A stretch of 64,000 nucleotides of DNA from assembly GCA_907165135.1 (NCBI GenBank), contig OU015566.1, positions 7,130,001-7,194,000 on the forward strand, given 5' to 3'. Every line of letters begins with the position of its first letter. Position 1 is the first letter of the stretch. This document shows, in pieces, positions 12,277 to 27,300 of the stretch. The stretch comes from Oikopleura dioica. Lineage: Eukaryota; Animalia; Chordata. Made by a program: the position numbers and the translations under genes. The notes beneath the pieces are model-generated. The model was not told where the DNA came from, did no database searches, and was given only the letters and a program-made list of their open reading frames with translations.

Positions 12277-12325
12277 CAGTCGACGGGTTAAAAGTTTTTA
12301 CTTTTTCTCAGCAAAAAGCCTCAAC

Positions 12326-15300
12326 ATGTGGCTCGCCTCTTTAGGGCAGCTACTGTTGCATCATCATGTGACTGCACAAATAAATCAGGTATTTTTCCGC
12401 TAAATTGTGATATTTTTGAGTTCTTTTCGATCGAAAGTAATTTCTTCAAAGGGATAATTTTCCAATAGAATGATTTCTAATGCTGCTTATTCTAGCGTTG
12501 CAACGTCCTCATTCCGCCTGAAAATGGTCAGACCTCGTGTCAGATCAATTCAAAAGGAAAAGAGGTCTGTACTATCTCTTGTAACTCCGGCTACCATCTT
12601 GAGGGCTCAGAAGGGGAACACTCCTGCGAGCTAGGAAAGTGGTACCCAGCAGTTGAGGAACCAAAATGCATCGACAGCAACGCTCAAGACGTCGGACATC
12701 ACGTCCAATACTCGGATCAAACTGACATGGACATTTCTGCTTGCCAGCTCTGGGGCGGCGATATTTTCAAAACCTTCGACGGGGCAATGTATAGATTTCC
12801 AGGCAAATGCAACTACAAACTCTTCGGCGACTGTGCTACCTCCGCTTTTTCGGTCAACATGGATCTTTCCAAAAACGAGATCGCGACCGTCTTCGGTGGT
12901 CAACAAGTCATCTTGCGAGCGGAAAACGGTACAGTGAATCTCTACTCTGGATCACTTCAGCTAGAGCGGACCTCTATCCCTTCTGTCATCAGCGGCCTCA
13001 TCGTTGAACGAATGGGAGACTGGACCGTATTGAAATCACCTGATTTCATCCTCAGATGGGACGGAGCTGACAACATTTTGGTCATTCCATCAAAAACGCT
13101 CGAGACTCGATCATGCGGTCTTTGCGGTAACTTCGACGGAATGAGCGACAATGACTTCACAACTATCGAGCATGGCGATTCAACCAGCCCGATCGTCTTT
13201 GGAAACAGCTGGAAAATGCCCTCCATCGAAGGTTCTTGCAAAGACGCTTCTTTCGAAAAATTCTGCGAGCATCAAACTCTCGAGGATATTGAGTACTATC
13301 GATCTGAGTGCAAAAAGCTCGCATCAAACAGCTTTTCAAAATGTCATGAAAAAATCAACGTCGAGCCATGGATCGAAATGTGCGTTGAATCTCTCTGTGC
13401 TGGTGGTGATTTTTGTGAAAGCGCCGCGGCGTACTTTAGGGAATGCTCCGCCCAGGGTGTTGCTTTGGACTGGCGATCAGAAAACATGTGCCCAAAATCC
13501 TGCCCAGTCGGTCAAGTCTACCGGGAATGCGCTTCCGGCTGCCCAGAAACTTGTAAAGCCGGAGCGATCGAGTGTAATGATGACTGCGTTAGCGGATGTG
13601 TTTGCTCCGAAGGTTTGGTTCTCCATGATGGAGAATGTATCAAAAAGACCTCCTGCCCTTGTTTTAGTCGAGGAATCGAGTACAACTCTGGGGACAGCAT
13701 CAAAGACGTTTGCAACACTTGCACTTGTGGAGAGGGCAAATGGACTTGCACCGATGACAGCTGCGATGGAATTTGCAAATCAACCGGTGTCAATCATTTT
13801 GAAACATTCGACGGAAGTTTTTATGACTTCGTCGGCGAGTGCGCTTACTCCCTTGTGGAGCCAATCCAAGCGAGCGAGGAAAACATCTGGGCAGTCTATC
13901 TCAGATATCATGACTGCGAGCAACATGTCAAAAAACTTTGTAAAAAATCCATCGAAGTCCGGGTTGGCGAAAGCCACTTCACCTTCGAAGGCGATTTCAA
14001 AACTCTCCACGACGGTCACCTCATCGAGCATTTCCCAATTCAAGCAAATGGAGTACAAGTGACAATGGCCTCTACTTACATCCAGCGAATCGATCTCACC
14101 GAAGTCGGAATAAGTGTCTTCTGGAATGGAAAAGATCGAGTCTACGTTCATGCTCAGGCAAGTTTGAGAAATTCAATTCATGGTCTGTGTGGAACCTTCA
14201 ACGACAGAAGTGACGACGATCTCAAATTGCCGGACGGAACTGTTCAAACCTGGGCGGTCGAATTCGGAAATGCTTGGAAAGCGCTTTCAATCTGCCAAGA
14301 TGAGTTTGATGATTCCAATGACCTTCATCCCTGTGATACTTACCTTCAACTCCGATCAAGTGCAACTGGAAGTTGTGAAGCGCTTATGTCTCCAGCATTT
14401 TCAGCATGTCACAATGTCGTTGCCGTCGAGTCCTACTACTATCGATGTACTTATGATTACTGCGCATGCGCAGGAGTTCAAATGTCCATGGCTGGCGTCT
14501 GTAGCGCCGTTGAAGATTACGCTCGATCTTGTGCAGAGGCTGGTGTTACTGTCAACTGGCAACAGGCAGTGGATGAACAATGCCAACCAAGCTGCCCAGG
14601 AGACATGCGATATCAGCAATGTGGACATAACAGCGCCACCTGCGAGTCACTCTCTTCCACCTCCCTTTTGCTTACCGATGATTCTTGCGCGGAGGGCTGC
14701 TATTGCCCGGAGGGACTCTTCTTGGACCGCGATCATCTTTCTTGCGTCACCGCTAGTGATTGCACCTGTGCTCATGGAGGAAAACTCTATCAAGCAGGAG
14801 CAACTCGCGTTGAAGGATGCCAAGACTGTACTTGCTCAAATGGCGCCTGGACCTGCGAAGCTGACGAAGCTCGCTGCGTAGACAAAACTTGCCCAGCTGG
14901 AATGGAATGGACAGAGTGCGTAACTGGCTGCGAAGGAACCTGTGCCAATCTTCATATTCTGGACAAGCACGCTTGCGAGTCTGTCGAGTGCAGTCCTGGA
15001 TGCCAGTGTCAAAAGACTTTGTCCGCCTTGGCGATGAATGCGTGGCGCCTAGTGAGTGTCCTTGTTTCCGAGGAGGAAAGAGCTACAGTGAGAACGAAGT
15101 GATCGAGACTAGCTGCGAAAAATGTACTTGTGGTAGTTCTGGACATTTTGAATGCGAAGCCAAGCCTTGCTGGAAACAGTGCTCGGTCTTTGGTGATCCT
15201 CATTTTACGACTTTTGACGGAAAATCATACAAGTTCCAGGGAAGCTGTAAATATGTCTTTTCCAGAAGCCAAACGAACTCGACAGATTTGTCAATCAACA

Positions 15301-18300
15301 TTGAGAATGTTCCTTGCGGATCATCTGGTGTCACCTGCACAAGAAATCTCGATGTAAACTGGCATGGAGAGACAATCTCTATCGACCGAGAAACTTATTT
15401 GGACACCTTGAAGCTCCCTGAAAATTGCACTGCATGGACTTCCGGAGCTGTTCATTTCCTTCAATGCTCTGATGTCTTCGTTCTCAAGTGGGATTATCAG
15501 ACTACAGTCAGCTTGTTGATGAATCCTCGATTGTCCGGAGCAGTCGAAGGTCTTTGCGGAAACATGAACGGCAACCAAAACGATGACTTCAAAACGCCAG
15601 GAAATGGTCTGATTGAAACGAGCGCGAGTATTTTTGGAGACTCTTGGAAAATCTTTGGATACTGCCCAGAAGCGACGGAAGTGCCAGATACCTGCGCTCA
15701 GCATCCAAATCGACAAAATTGGGCGAAAAAGAGCTGTTCTGTCATCAAATCTTCTGTTTTCAGCAGCTGCCACAACATCGTTCCTACAAAAATGTTCTAC
15801 GATGCGTGCGTTTACGACGGCTGTGGATGTGATAGCGGCGGGGATTGCGAGTGTACTTGCACGGCTATAGCAGCTTACGCAAGTGAGTGCGCTAGAAATG
15901 GCGTTGTAGTCGACTGGCGAAAGCCGAGTCTTTGTCCGATGCAATGCGGGGACTGCCCTCTTGAATACTCTGCTTGTAATGATCCTTGTCCAAAGACTTG
16001 CCAAAACAGGCACAACTTCGACGAAATCTCCCAAAACTGCCAGGCAGGCTCCTGTGCAGAGGGATGCGCTTGCCAAGATGGCAAGATATGGGACCAACAT
16101 GCTGGTGATTGCGTCTTTGAAGAAGATTGTACCTGCGGAATGTTCGACGGCGTCGTTTTCATGGAAGGAGATCTAGTTCCATCTGCTGGAAATGAGTGTG
16201 AAAACTGTTTTTGCACTGAAGGAAAACTCGAATGCATCGGATCAGGTTGTTCAACATCGTCTCCGGTGACGACTACGACTCATGCATCAACAACATTCAC
16301 GACTTCTACTAATGCTGTTTGTTGCACAAAAGACGATAATGAATACGCGCCAGGCGATGTCATTAAAACTGCCGACTGCAAAGTCTATAAATGTAGCGAA
16401 GACTGCGAAATTATTCTTGACAGCTCGGCATGTCCAGATGTCACTACCACGAAATCGACAACGACGATCGTTACGAAGTCTCCAATGTGCGTTACGGACA
16501 GCAATGAGTGGACAGAATGGATGAACTACAACATTCCAACTTTGGCTAACGATGGTGACTTTGAAAATAATCATTTTCTTCGACGACGATTCGAGTACTG
16601 CGGCGAGGAGATGATCTCCGCAGTGGAATGTCGACCAGCCGGTGCGTCTACGTATTCTGGCCAGATGGTCACTTGCAATGTTGACACTGGTCTTACGTGT
16701 TTCAATGATAATCAGGAAATTGGAATTTGTTTGGACTATGAAGTTAGGTTTTTCTGCAGATGTGGTGTTGAGACAACAACGGAATCTCCAACTGTAGCGC
16801 CTACAACTGTCCCAACAACAGAGACAAAAACGATTGTTATTGCTACAACAACATCTGTTTCAACAAAACCAACAACAACTGCCATGCCAACAAAATCTAC
16901 GGAAACGCCTATCCCAACAAAATCTACCACTACTACGATGCCAACAAAATCTACACCTCGATTGACGAAACAGACGACTTCAACCCCAACTCAAAGCTCA
17001 GCGACAAAAACTCTAACGAGCACAACTGTTCCTGTTTGCGACCCTCTCACTCCAAAATCATGCGAAATGGGCTGGTCTCAATGGCTTAAAATCGATGAAG
17101 TTCCTTTGAATTGCAAATATGAAATTTGCGAGGCTCCAACATCTGTTGAATGCCGAGTTTGGAACAAACAGGTCAACAAGATAGCTCCTTGCAGCTTGGA
17201 TGTTCAGACCTGTGAAGGATGTGAAGATATGTATGCACGATTCTACTGCCCTTGCGAGACCACTGAGGCGCCCAAGCCAACTGCATCACCTACAACAGCG
17301 CTTCCAACAACCAAAACTATGATCACTTCAACTTCTATTCCAGACGTTTGCGAAATCGATATGGAAAAGAAACTTTCAAAGCAAGTTTTCTCATCATCGA
17401 GTATCGCACTTACAGATTCCCGAATTGGTTACTCTGGCTGGATGGCCGGAAAAGCAGCATCCGGTGAATTCGTCACGCTGATCTTTCAAGAACCACAGGT
17501 CATTACCGGACTCAAGCTTCAGCGAATCATGGGAAATCTTTACCCAACGAGCATTCGTATCTACGTCAAAGGATCTGAGTCGAAATCACAGGCAGATGTC
17601 ACGATTCCAGAAGGTGAAGGGCTTGTTTTCCTTGATCAGCCTCTCATTGCTTCTGAGGTGTCATTTTTGATCATGAAATGGGTTGGTGATATGCCGTCTT
17701 TGAAAATGTCTGTTTTGACCAGGTGTGAATCTTTGACAACGCCATCGACTCAAACTACAACTACAGTCTGCACAAAAGGATGCGCGCTCACTTGTGGCGA
17801 TCTTTGCCAAAAGACATTAGTTGAATACACAAACATGGGTCTCTGCAAGTCCGCAGAAACATGTCTTCGGCCAACAAAATGCGTTGAAAATACTTTGACA
17901 TGTGATGAGTCGCAGAGATTCGACGGCCAGCGATGCGTCAATTCTAAAGAATGTGCATGTCTAGCTGGTGACGGAACTGTGATCAAACCGGGCCAGGTTC
18001 TTGAAGGAAAGGAATGCGATCAAGTTTGTGTGGACAATAAGATCGAGTTAAGTTGTGATTCGATTGTGACCGCAACAACTCCAGCTGTGACTACTTCTCA
18101 TACTCGAACAACTGAGGGTAAAACCCTCGCGTCTACTGTTTCTGTGACAGAAGGGCCAGTAACGACAACAACATCGATTCGAGATCAGACCGAAACAGTG
18201 ACCACTACAACTGTTTTGCCAACAACGAAGACAATCGAAGAAAAAACGACGGATCTTATCACGGGAAAAGTTTACACGACAAGAACAACCGTCCCAACTG

Positions 18301-21300
18301 AATCTTCAAGCGAAACAGTACCAGTTCCCATTTCCACAGACAAATTCACAAAGATACCAATCACTGATGGAACAACCGTCATTACTGATGAAACCACCAC
18401 GACTACTGTTACTGTGAAGCCGTCAGGACCTACGCAGCCACCAATTATTCTCATTGAAACAACTCGTCGAGATGGAACAACCACCACTGAGAAATTCACT
18501 CTTACGACCAAAACGCATGAAGATACCACTATCCGAACTGTCACTTTGATTGAAGATTGTATTTCTGACTGCGATATTGTCACACAAACGACCAAGGGAA
18601 CTACAAAGACAACGGAGATGCGAACAAGCGAAGGTTTGAAGACAGAAACAACCACTACCGATGTGACAGAAGATGGAACCGTTAAAACGACGACAACAAC
18701 GACAATTCCAAATGAGGATGACACAACAACAATCACCACTACTACCACAAAGACAATTGACGAACACACAACTGAAAAACTTACTTCTACAACAACGACA
18801 ACCACAGAGGGGACATTCACCACGGGACATATTGAAACAACAACAGTTATTCCTCCTAAATCATCGCTTACAACACTGAAGCCAACAACCGCCTCACCAT
18901 CCATCACGACATCGACTACAAGAACAACAGAGGGCACTCCTGTTTCTTCAACTGTGTCCGTCACTGACGGCCCAACCACGATGACAAAAACGATCAGTGA
19001 TCAAACAGAAACGGTCACTACGACTACTGTCTCTCCAGATACGACTAAGACCGAAGAGAAAACAACTAATCTCATCACTGGCTCAGTCTCAACGAAAACA
19101 ACAACTTGGCCGACTGAATCATCAACTGAAAAGGTGACAGTTCCAATTTCAACTGATAAGTTTACGACTGTACCTGTTACTGGCAAAACAGTTATTGTGA
19201 ATGAAACTACGACAATTACTGTCACTACGAAAACCACAGGTGCAACCGAGAAACCGATAATTCATGTTGAAACTGAAACGACGGAGGGCACGAAGACAAC
19301 AGAAGAGTACACTTTAACCACTGAAGTTTCTGAAGATACAACCGTTCAAACTTTGACAACTTCCACCGGCGGATTTGTCTCTCAGACGACTCAAACTGGC
19401 GCTTCTATTTCAACAGAAATTCAAACAAGCGAAGGAATCATGACTGAGACTACCACAACCGATGTGACTGAGAATTATATTACAGAAACGACAACAACTA
19501 AACTTACAAATGGAGACGATACAACAATTGTGACTAAAACCACAACAACTATTGATGGAAAAACAACAGAAAAATTCACAACAAAGACAACAACAACATC
19601 TGAGGGCACAACGACAACAAAACATGTCGAAACAACAACAAAAATTCCATCAACAACATCTTCAACACCTTTCAAGCCAACAAAATCTTCACCTTCTGTA
19701 ACAACATCTACAACTCGAGCAACCGACGGAACTTCTCTTTCATCAACTGTCTCTGTGACTGAAAGTCCGACTACGATCACAAAGACCACTGAAGGTCAAA
19801 CTGAAACTATCAAGACAACAACTTCACCATCAACAACAAGCTATCCAACTGACAGTGGTCCAACTACAGGTGCCTGTGTCGATAGAATTGTCAATAAAAT
19901 ATTCACCGTTGGCTGCGATAGATGCTACTGTAGTGATGCTGGTGGATTAATCTGTAAGAATATCTCTGATTGTGAGACAACAACCACGAAAGCAACCACA
20001 TTACCAACCAGCACTTCTTCGAGCAGTACAGAGTCGACATCGACAACCGAGTACATGTCGACTAAGCCCTTTTCAACTGGTTCTTCAACGGACGCAACAA
20101 AGTCTTTCACAACCAAAACAACAACGCTAGAAAAAACCACCATCACGACAATTCAAATTCCTGAATCTTGTCTTGTCTGGGACGAGTGGCAGAATAACAA
20201 CTTCGTCAGTACCGGAGACGATAGGGAAACTATCAAGCAGTATTTAGAAAATTCGAATATCTGCGCTGAAGTTATGGAGATCCAGTGCCGTGTTGCCGAT
20301 TTCCTGACCCCAAGTGATCAAACTTCTGATGAAACCACCTGTGATATCGAAAACGGACTAAAATGTACCCCAAGCATGTCCGATGATGACTTTTTCGGAT
20401 TTGGTGCTTGTTTGGACTATGAAATCCGACTCTACTGCATTGACGCTAGAAAAGAAGAATGCTTGAAACCAGACCCATTTATTGTTACCGAAACCACTGT
20501 TATCTCAAGTACCACCAGTTTTGATAACACTTCAACGAAGTCTCCTGAAACAACCACGAAGCCTCTGGTAGTTTCAACAAAAACTTATGAGACAACACCA
20601 GATGGAACAATGGTCACGACTTTTACTGAGCAGCCGATGACTGTATCTGAAACTTTCACAGCAACAGGAGAGCTCATTTCGAAAACAACAACGAGAATTA
20701 TTGATGATACAATGTCAACGGTCAGGACAGAAACACCAACGACAATTTCTATCAAAACAATGTCCTCAGACGGGTTTACTTCGAGATCAACGGAAGAAAT
20801 AACATCAAAGTCAACTGGTACCCTCACGACTGTTACAACTGAATCAACAACAGAAGATTCCACGCAAACAATTAAGGTTCCCATTACGGAAGACATAACT
20901 ACCGATGTTCCAAGAACGAGCAAGACAACAGTGTCCACTCCGTCGAGCACATCCTCTATTGTTACAGAGCCGATCGATACAACAACAACGAAGGTTACCA
21001 TCTTTTCTGATAACACTGAAGCGACGCTGATCTACTCAACTGAAATTGATACAACTACTGGTGCAACTATCGGAACACTTACAACAGAACATGGCGACAT
21101 TATTACTGAAACAACTGAATACTTTGATACTGAGACATCTTCTGTCACCGAGACAACCAGAACTATTAATCCAGTGACGAAGAAAGAAGGTACTGTTAGT
21201 ACAACTACCGTTCCCTCGGAATCAACAACTACGGAGGCACCAACAGAAACATCTGATCTAACAACCGTTCCAACATCCACTTCGTCAACTGTTTCAACCA

Positions 21301-24300
21301 CCACAAGCGGCGATTTGACTACCGAAGAGATAACCACAACAAAGGTTACCGAAATTCCGGGTCATACAACAACCACTGAGAGTTTTACTGATGGCACAGT
21401 CAAAACAACAAGAGTTTTTACTGATGGCACTCAGGAAACGACAACAAGTACTCCATCTGTGACAACATCAAAGGTTCAGACTACTGACGGCCATACTATT
21501 TCTTCAACTGTTACCGTTACAGAAACTCCAACCAGTACAACAACACTTGTTTACTGTCAAGACAGTACTGAGTGTCAAAAAAATACTGGAACTACCTCTA
21601 CAATCAGTAAGACAACCCTCACAGACTGTCTTGACAGTCGTGAGTGTCGAATGAAAACTGCCACTACAACTACTGTCAGTCCGACAACTACAACGATCGA
21701 GACGACGTCTACGAACCTCACCACTGGTGAAATATCAACAACTTCAACAATTGCTCCTACTGAATCAATAACTGAAACAGTATCAGTTCCCATCTCCACG
21801 GATAAGACTGTAACAGTTCCAATTTCTGGAAAAACTGTCATCACTGATTCGACAGGCACCACCGCAATCTCAACTAATCCTACTGCAAAAGTACCCACTG
21901 TTCATGTTGAGACGACCACCAGCACAGGATCAACGACGTCAAAAACCTTCACTTTGACGACAAAAGTCTCCGAAGACACAACAACGAAGACTCTAGCAAC
22001 GGTCACTGGAGAGATCGTAACAGAAACAACTCGTTCTGGAACCACTGAAACGACGAAGACTCGTACAAGCGAGGGTTTTGTAACTGAAACAACAACCACC
22101 GACGTAACTGACGATTTCACGAAGAAAACCGCAACCACAACATTGCCAAATCGTGATGACACAGTAGTGACGAGCGTCGTAACAACAACAAGTACCAGAC
22201 CAATCGATGACAAAACAACACGAGAGGTGAAAACTCAAACAACCATTACCCCAGATGGATCAACAACATCTGAATACGTAACAACCACAACAACCATTCC
22301 CTCTCGAACCTCTACCTCGACAACTAAGGGTAATATTACGACAATGAAATCGACAACTGAGAGTGAAGAGATAACCGAAACGACAACTTTCAATGAGACC
22401 ACCTCTGAAAAAACAACAACAACGATCCAAACTACCAAGGCAACAGATGGAACGATTTCTTCGACAACAACAAAGAAAACAACCAGTTCTCCAACCAGAT
22501 CATCAACTGAAATTATTACTGAGACCGTGACACCAGGTGGTCATGTTGAAACATCGACGGCCTCCTCTACTACAACGTCCTCACCTGATGGAACAATAAC
22601 AGAAATTTTGACAACAAAGATTCCAAACGATGATGACCACACTGAATCAACAACAACCACAACAACGACTCGTAAAACAACTTCTGGCAAGGAAACTGCT
22701 ACAGTTATTTATTCCGACGGTACGACTGTCGTGACTGAGAGAACAACTTCAGTTCCCGCTCCAACTGACTATTCAGAAACTACGACTGCACCAGCTTCAA
22801 TGACGACAACAATTCCAAACCATGATGACACTGAGGCGTCGACAACAAAAACTACCACCAAGATTCCATCTACAAAAATAACCCAAATTTCCGATGGTAC
22901 GACAAAGCATCCAGTTTTTACGTCTTCTACAGTGGAACCAAGCCTTCCCTCAAGCACCCAACATTCTTCAACAGAAGGACCATATTCAACTACAAAATCA
23001 ATGCCTATTGTTTCCACGTCCTCAACTGTTACAGAATCTGGATCAACCATTTCAACAGAAACCACTGTGACCGATGGTACATCCACAACAACAAAACTAA
23101 TGACAGAAACTTCAGAAGAAATCACCACAACATCAATTACAGAATCAACAATTTCAACTGAAAAGGTCACAACTGATCTTATCACAGGAAAAACAGTAAA
23201 GACGACAACTACTGCACCAATTTCGTCAACTAAGTCAATCTCGATTCCTTTCACATCATCAACGGTTCCCGATGCCACAGTTCCAACTGAAGGAATCACG
23301 GTTATTTATGACGAAGATACAACAACCATTATAACTGGTACACCAAGCTCTACTGAAGATATTCATATTACAGTGACTACTCAAAAAACAACGAAAGGAT
23401 CAACCGAGGAGCCATTGACAGAAGAATATGTTTTCACCACGTTGTCTACAGATCAGTCTACAACAGAGCTTTTAACGACTAAAACTGGCGCTCTTATAAC
23501 TAAGACGGAGAGGACGGAATCTACAGTCACATCGACTACTACATCTGAAGAAGGAACTAAGGTTACCGAAACAACAACGAAGAAAACTCCAACGGAAGAG
23601 ATCAAAACTACAACAACAACATACCCGTCCGGTCAGACCGAAACAACGACGACTTCAACGGCCGTTACTGATGAAACCACGACAACTACAATGATTACTA
23701 AAACGATTGGGGATTCAACAACTTCGACATCATATGTTACGAAGTCAACACCTCCTACAACCTTACCAACTGAGGTTACTAGAAGTGGAACATCTTCAAC
23801 CGTTACTATGAAGATGTCTTCAACAGACTTGACTCCAGAAATGACATCAATCATTGCGTCAACTATTTCAGAGCATTTCACGAAGACAACACCAGTTCCA
23901 ACATCGAAATCTTCTGAAAGCTCTTCTACAAATTATCCAGAAGAAACAACATTGACATCCAAAAACACACAGTCAACTGCAAGTCCAATTACTCACAAAG
24001 AAACTTCGACGATCCTTGTCACCGGATCATACACCGAAACAACAACCTCCGGCGGTAAGACCACATCCACCTCATCATCAACCCTTTCATCTGATGGAAC
24101 CACGGTTTCAACTACCACAGTCACTGAGGAGACGGAGTCTACGACAGAGACATCAACAACTGATGGAATCATTACTTCTACAACAGAAACAGTCAATACC
24201 ATCACTGGCGAGACAACCGTCACATCTACAATGCGACCTGAATCGACGGTCGAAACAATTACTATTCCCTACGAGAAAACAACTTTGTCTGTTCCAACTG

Positions 24301-27300
24301 AAGGTACTGTAAGCATCACGACCGATGACTACACCAAAACAACATTAGTTACAACCAAACCTATTGATAAGTCTACAATTTCAATTGTTATCACGACTGA
24401 TTCAACAGAAGGTACAACAACTACCAAGTTGACTGAAACAACAACGGTTACCGAAACAGGAGTGACCAAAGAGATTACCACACCTGAGGGAACTATTGTA
24501 TCTTCATCAACATTCACTTCAACAGCTGGATCAACAAATGAGACCACCATTGTAACAACAACTCGAGGACCAGAGAAAACGGAGTCCATCACATCTAAAA
24601 TCCCTAATGGCACTACGAAGATAACCACTACTGTATCTCCCACTGGTGAAGTTACAAAAACTGAGACTATCACAAAGTCAACGAGCCCGACTTCATCAGA
24701 GACAACAACAACAACGACGACGCCAGACAAAAAGACGGAGACAAGTACAACGAAGACAACCGCTATTCCAACACGAACATCCGTTGTAACCACTTCGCCT
24801 GATGGTACCGTAACATCCACTGTTACCGATCATACAATCGCTCCAATCACAAAGGTTGAACTAACAACAGCTCCGATAATGAAGACAACTTCGAAGATCG
24901 TTCAGACAACAACGATGGTTCCATCAACAAAGCCGACAATCACAACAACCACTGATGAGGAGCTCACAACTTTGATCCAATCCACGATTGCTACTCACAT
25001 GTCGACTAAATCTACTCAATCAACTCGATCTCCAGCGACCTCTACCACTACAACAAGCCCAGGAGGATATTGTATCACGGATGAAGGCGATATTATTCCC
25101 GAAGGAGAGCAAACAATCGACAACACTGAGTGCGTCACAAAATCTTGCGATAAATTTGGAAAATTTGTCGAAATGAAAGTTCCTGCGAAGGAGTGTTTGA
25201 TTTCGGCGACAGGATCCGTTAGCACTTTTGATGAATTTGTTTACGATTCAAAATCTTGCACTGGAGTGTCTGTCAATACTTGTGATTCTGACGACCTAAG
25301 CATTAAATTGGTTCCATCAGAGTCAATACTTTTCAAGCTCGAAAACTTGTGGATCCTTCTTGAGGATAATTACAACTCCCTCTTAGTCGATGGAGTCGAA
25401 TTCGAAATGACTGCGCTTGATGCTCTCAACGAAGTTTTATTCCAAAAAGCTGGAGTTCGCCTACTCGACCTTGATGAAGAATTTGTCATTCTTTCCCCGC
25501 TAGTTCGAATTTCAATCTCTTCTGCCGTCGTTAAGATCCGAGCAGAGCCCGATATGTTCGGAAAACTTTGCGGTGGATGTGGCAATGCTGATTGCAACTC
25601 AACTAATGACCAGATCGATGAGCCAACTTCAAATGAGGCTGACGGCAAAAACTGCGCTGGTCCAATTTGCGAGCAGCCTATGGAAGATCTCGATCAAATT
25701 TGCGAATACATTTCCGACGAGAAATTCAGCACATGTGTAACCGATTCAACTGCCCAAATTGACTTCTGCAAAAAGTCCGCTTGTGAGTGTCTCTCATCCG
25801 GCGATTCTGTCGAGTCCTGCCGATGCAAAATTATTGCCGCTGCGATGAATACTTGTCAGCTTCAAACTGACTCTTGCATCAGTTGGAGATCACAGTACGG
25901 CTGCACGATGCCTGAGTGCGCTGGAAATAAGATCTGGAGAGATTGTGGATCGACCTGTGTTCGTACTTGCGCTCATATCCTCGACGAGCAGGATTCATGC
26001 GAAGATGAAGTTTTCCAACCAGGATGTTATTGCCCACCGGGAACAGTATTCAAGGGCGGTCAGTGCGTCGACGAACGAGAATGCATGTGCACGTGTAAGG
26101 GATGGGGCGATCCTCACTATCAGACATTCGACAAGACCTACTACGCGTTCCAAGGAAATTGCTCTTACGTTCTCGCTCAGGATGAAAACAAGGATTTCAC
26201 CGTCATCGGCCACAACGAGTACTGCCTTGAATCTCCAACCAACACCTGTACGAAGGCTGTGACTCTACGATACAAGGGCCACGAAGTTACTTTAGTCCAT
26301 GGACTTTCATTCATCATCGATGAAGTGACAAAAACAGTACTCGAAGAAGACACGATTCTTGGAGGCAACATCGCTATCAAACTTGTCAGAGGAAGATTCA
26401 TCCTTATTGAAGTCGAGCGAATCAGCTTGAAAATCATGTACGACGAAATGACTCGAGGCTTTGCTATTTCCATTCCAATTCTTGTCTACCACGACAAGGT
26501 AGGCGGTCTTTGCGGCAATTGCAACCTCGATGGAAGTGATGACTTCATCGATATTACCGGCGAGGAGCACTTCGTACCAATCACATTTGCTGAAACATGG
26601 AAACTTGAAGAAATTACCTGCGATGATGAGGTCTACACAACTCGTCCGCCAACTATGAGCACTCCTCATAACCCAGGCAACTGCACAGCCGAATGCGAAA
26701 TTCTCATGGACGATGTTTTCAGCAGCTGTCGAAAGGTCGTCGATGTCTCTCCCTTTTTGTCTTCGTGCGTCTACGATGCATGCAACAATCTTCCAAATGC
26801 ATCTTGCTACGCCATTGGTGCGTACGCAGATGAGTGTAGAAAATCGGGAATTTGCGTCAACTGGCGAGAAGAAAAAACAGAATGTCCGTTTACTTGCGAG
26901 GACCATTTGGAATACAATCACTGCGCAAATACTTGCGACAAAAACGAATGCGATTCCGATATTTCTACAAATTGTGAGATCGTCGAGGAATGCACTTGTC
27001 CAGAAGGCTTCGTTCTCGAAAACTCCAAATGCATCAAGCCGGAAGACTGTCTCGTCTGTCTAGGAGAATACAAGGAGGGCGAAAAATGGCGAAATGCGAC
27101 TGATCCATGCACCGAACACATTTGCATCGATGGTATTGTCGAAGATCACAAAGAAACCTGTCATACAGAAGTACGCTGCGTCGCTGACGGAATGGTCGCA
27201 GTGGAAATTCCAGTTGATGGCGAGTGTTGCTCCGATACCGAATGCCAATGCGATCGATCAACTTGTCCAGAGAAGCCAACTTGTGCCGAGGATGAATATT

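Noticed and set aside
12807-16600. Alternative-frame ORFs overlapping the mucin D domains (e.g. 13151-14062, 14180-14881, 15321-16100)
   Set aside because: No recognisable motifs; these are off-frame shadows of a long coding exon.
16736-24820. Many Val-rich minus-strand ORFs (MVVV...)
   Set aside because: They are antisense shadows of ACN (Thr) codons in the mucin PTS region.
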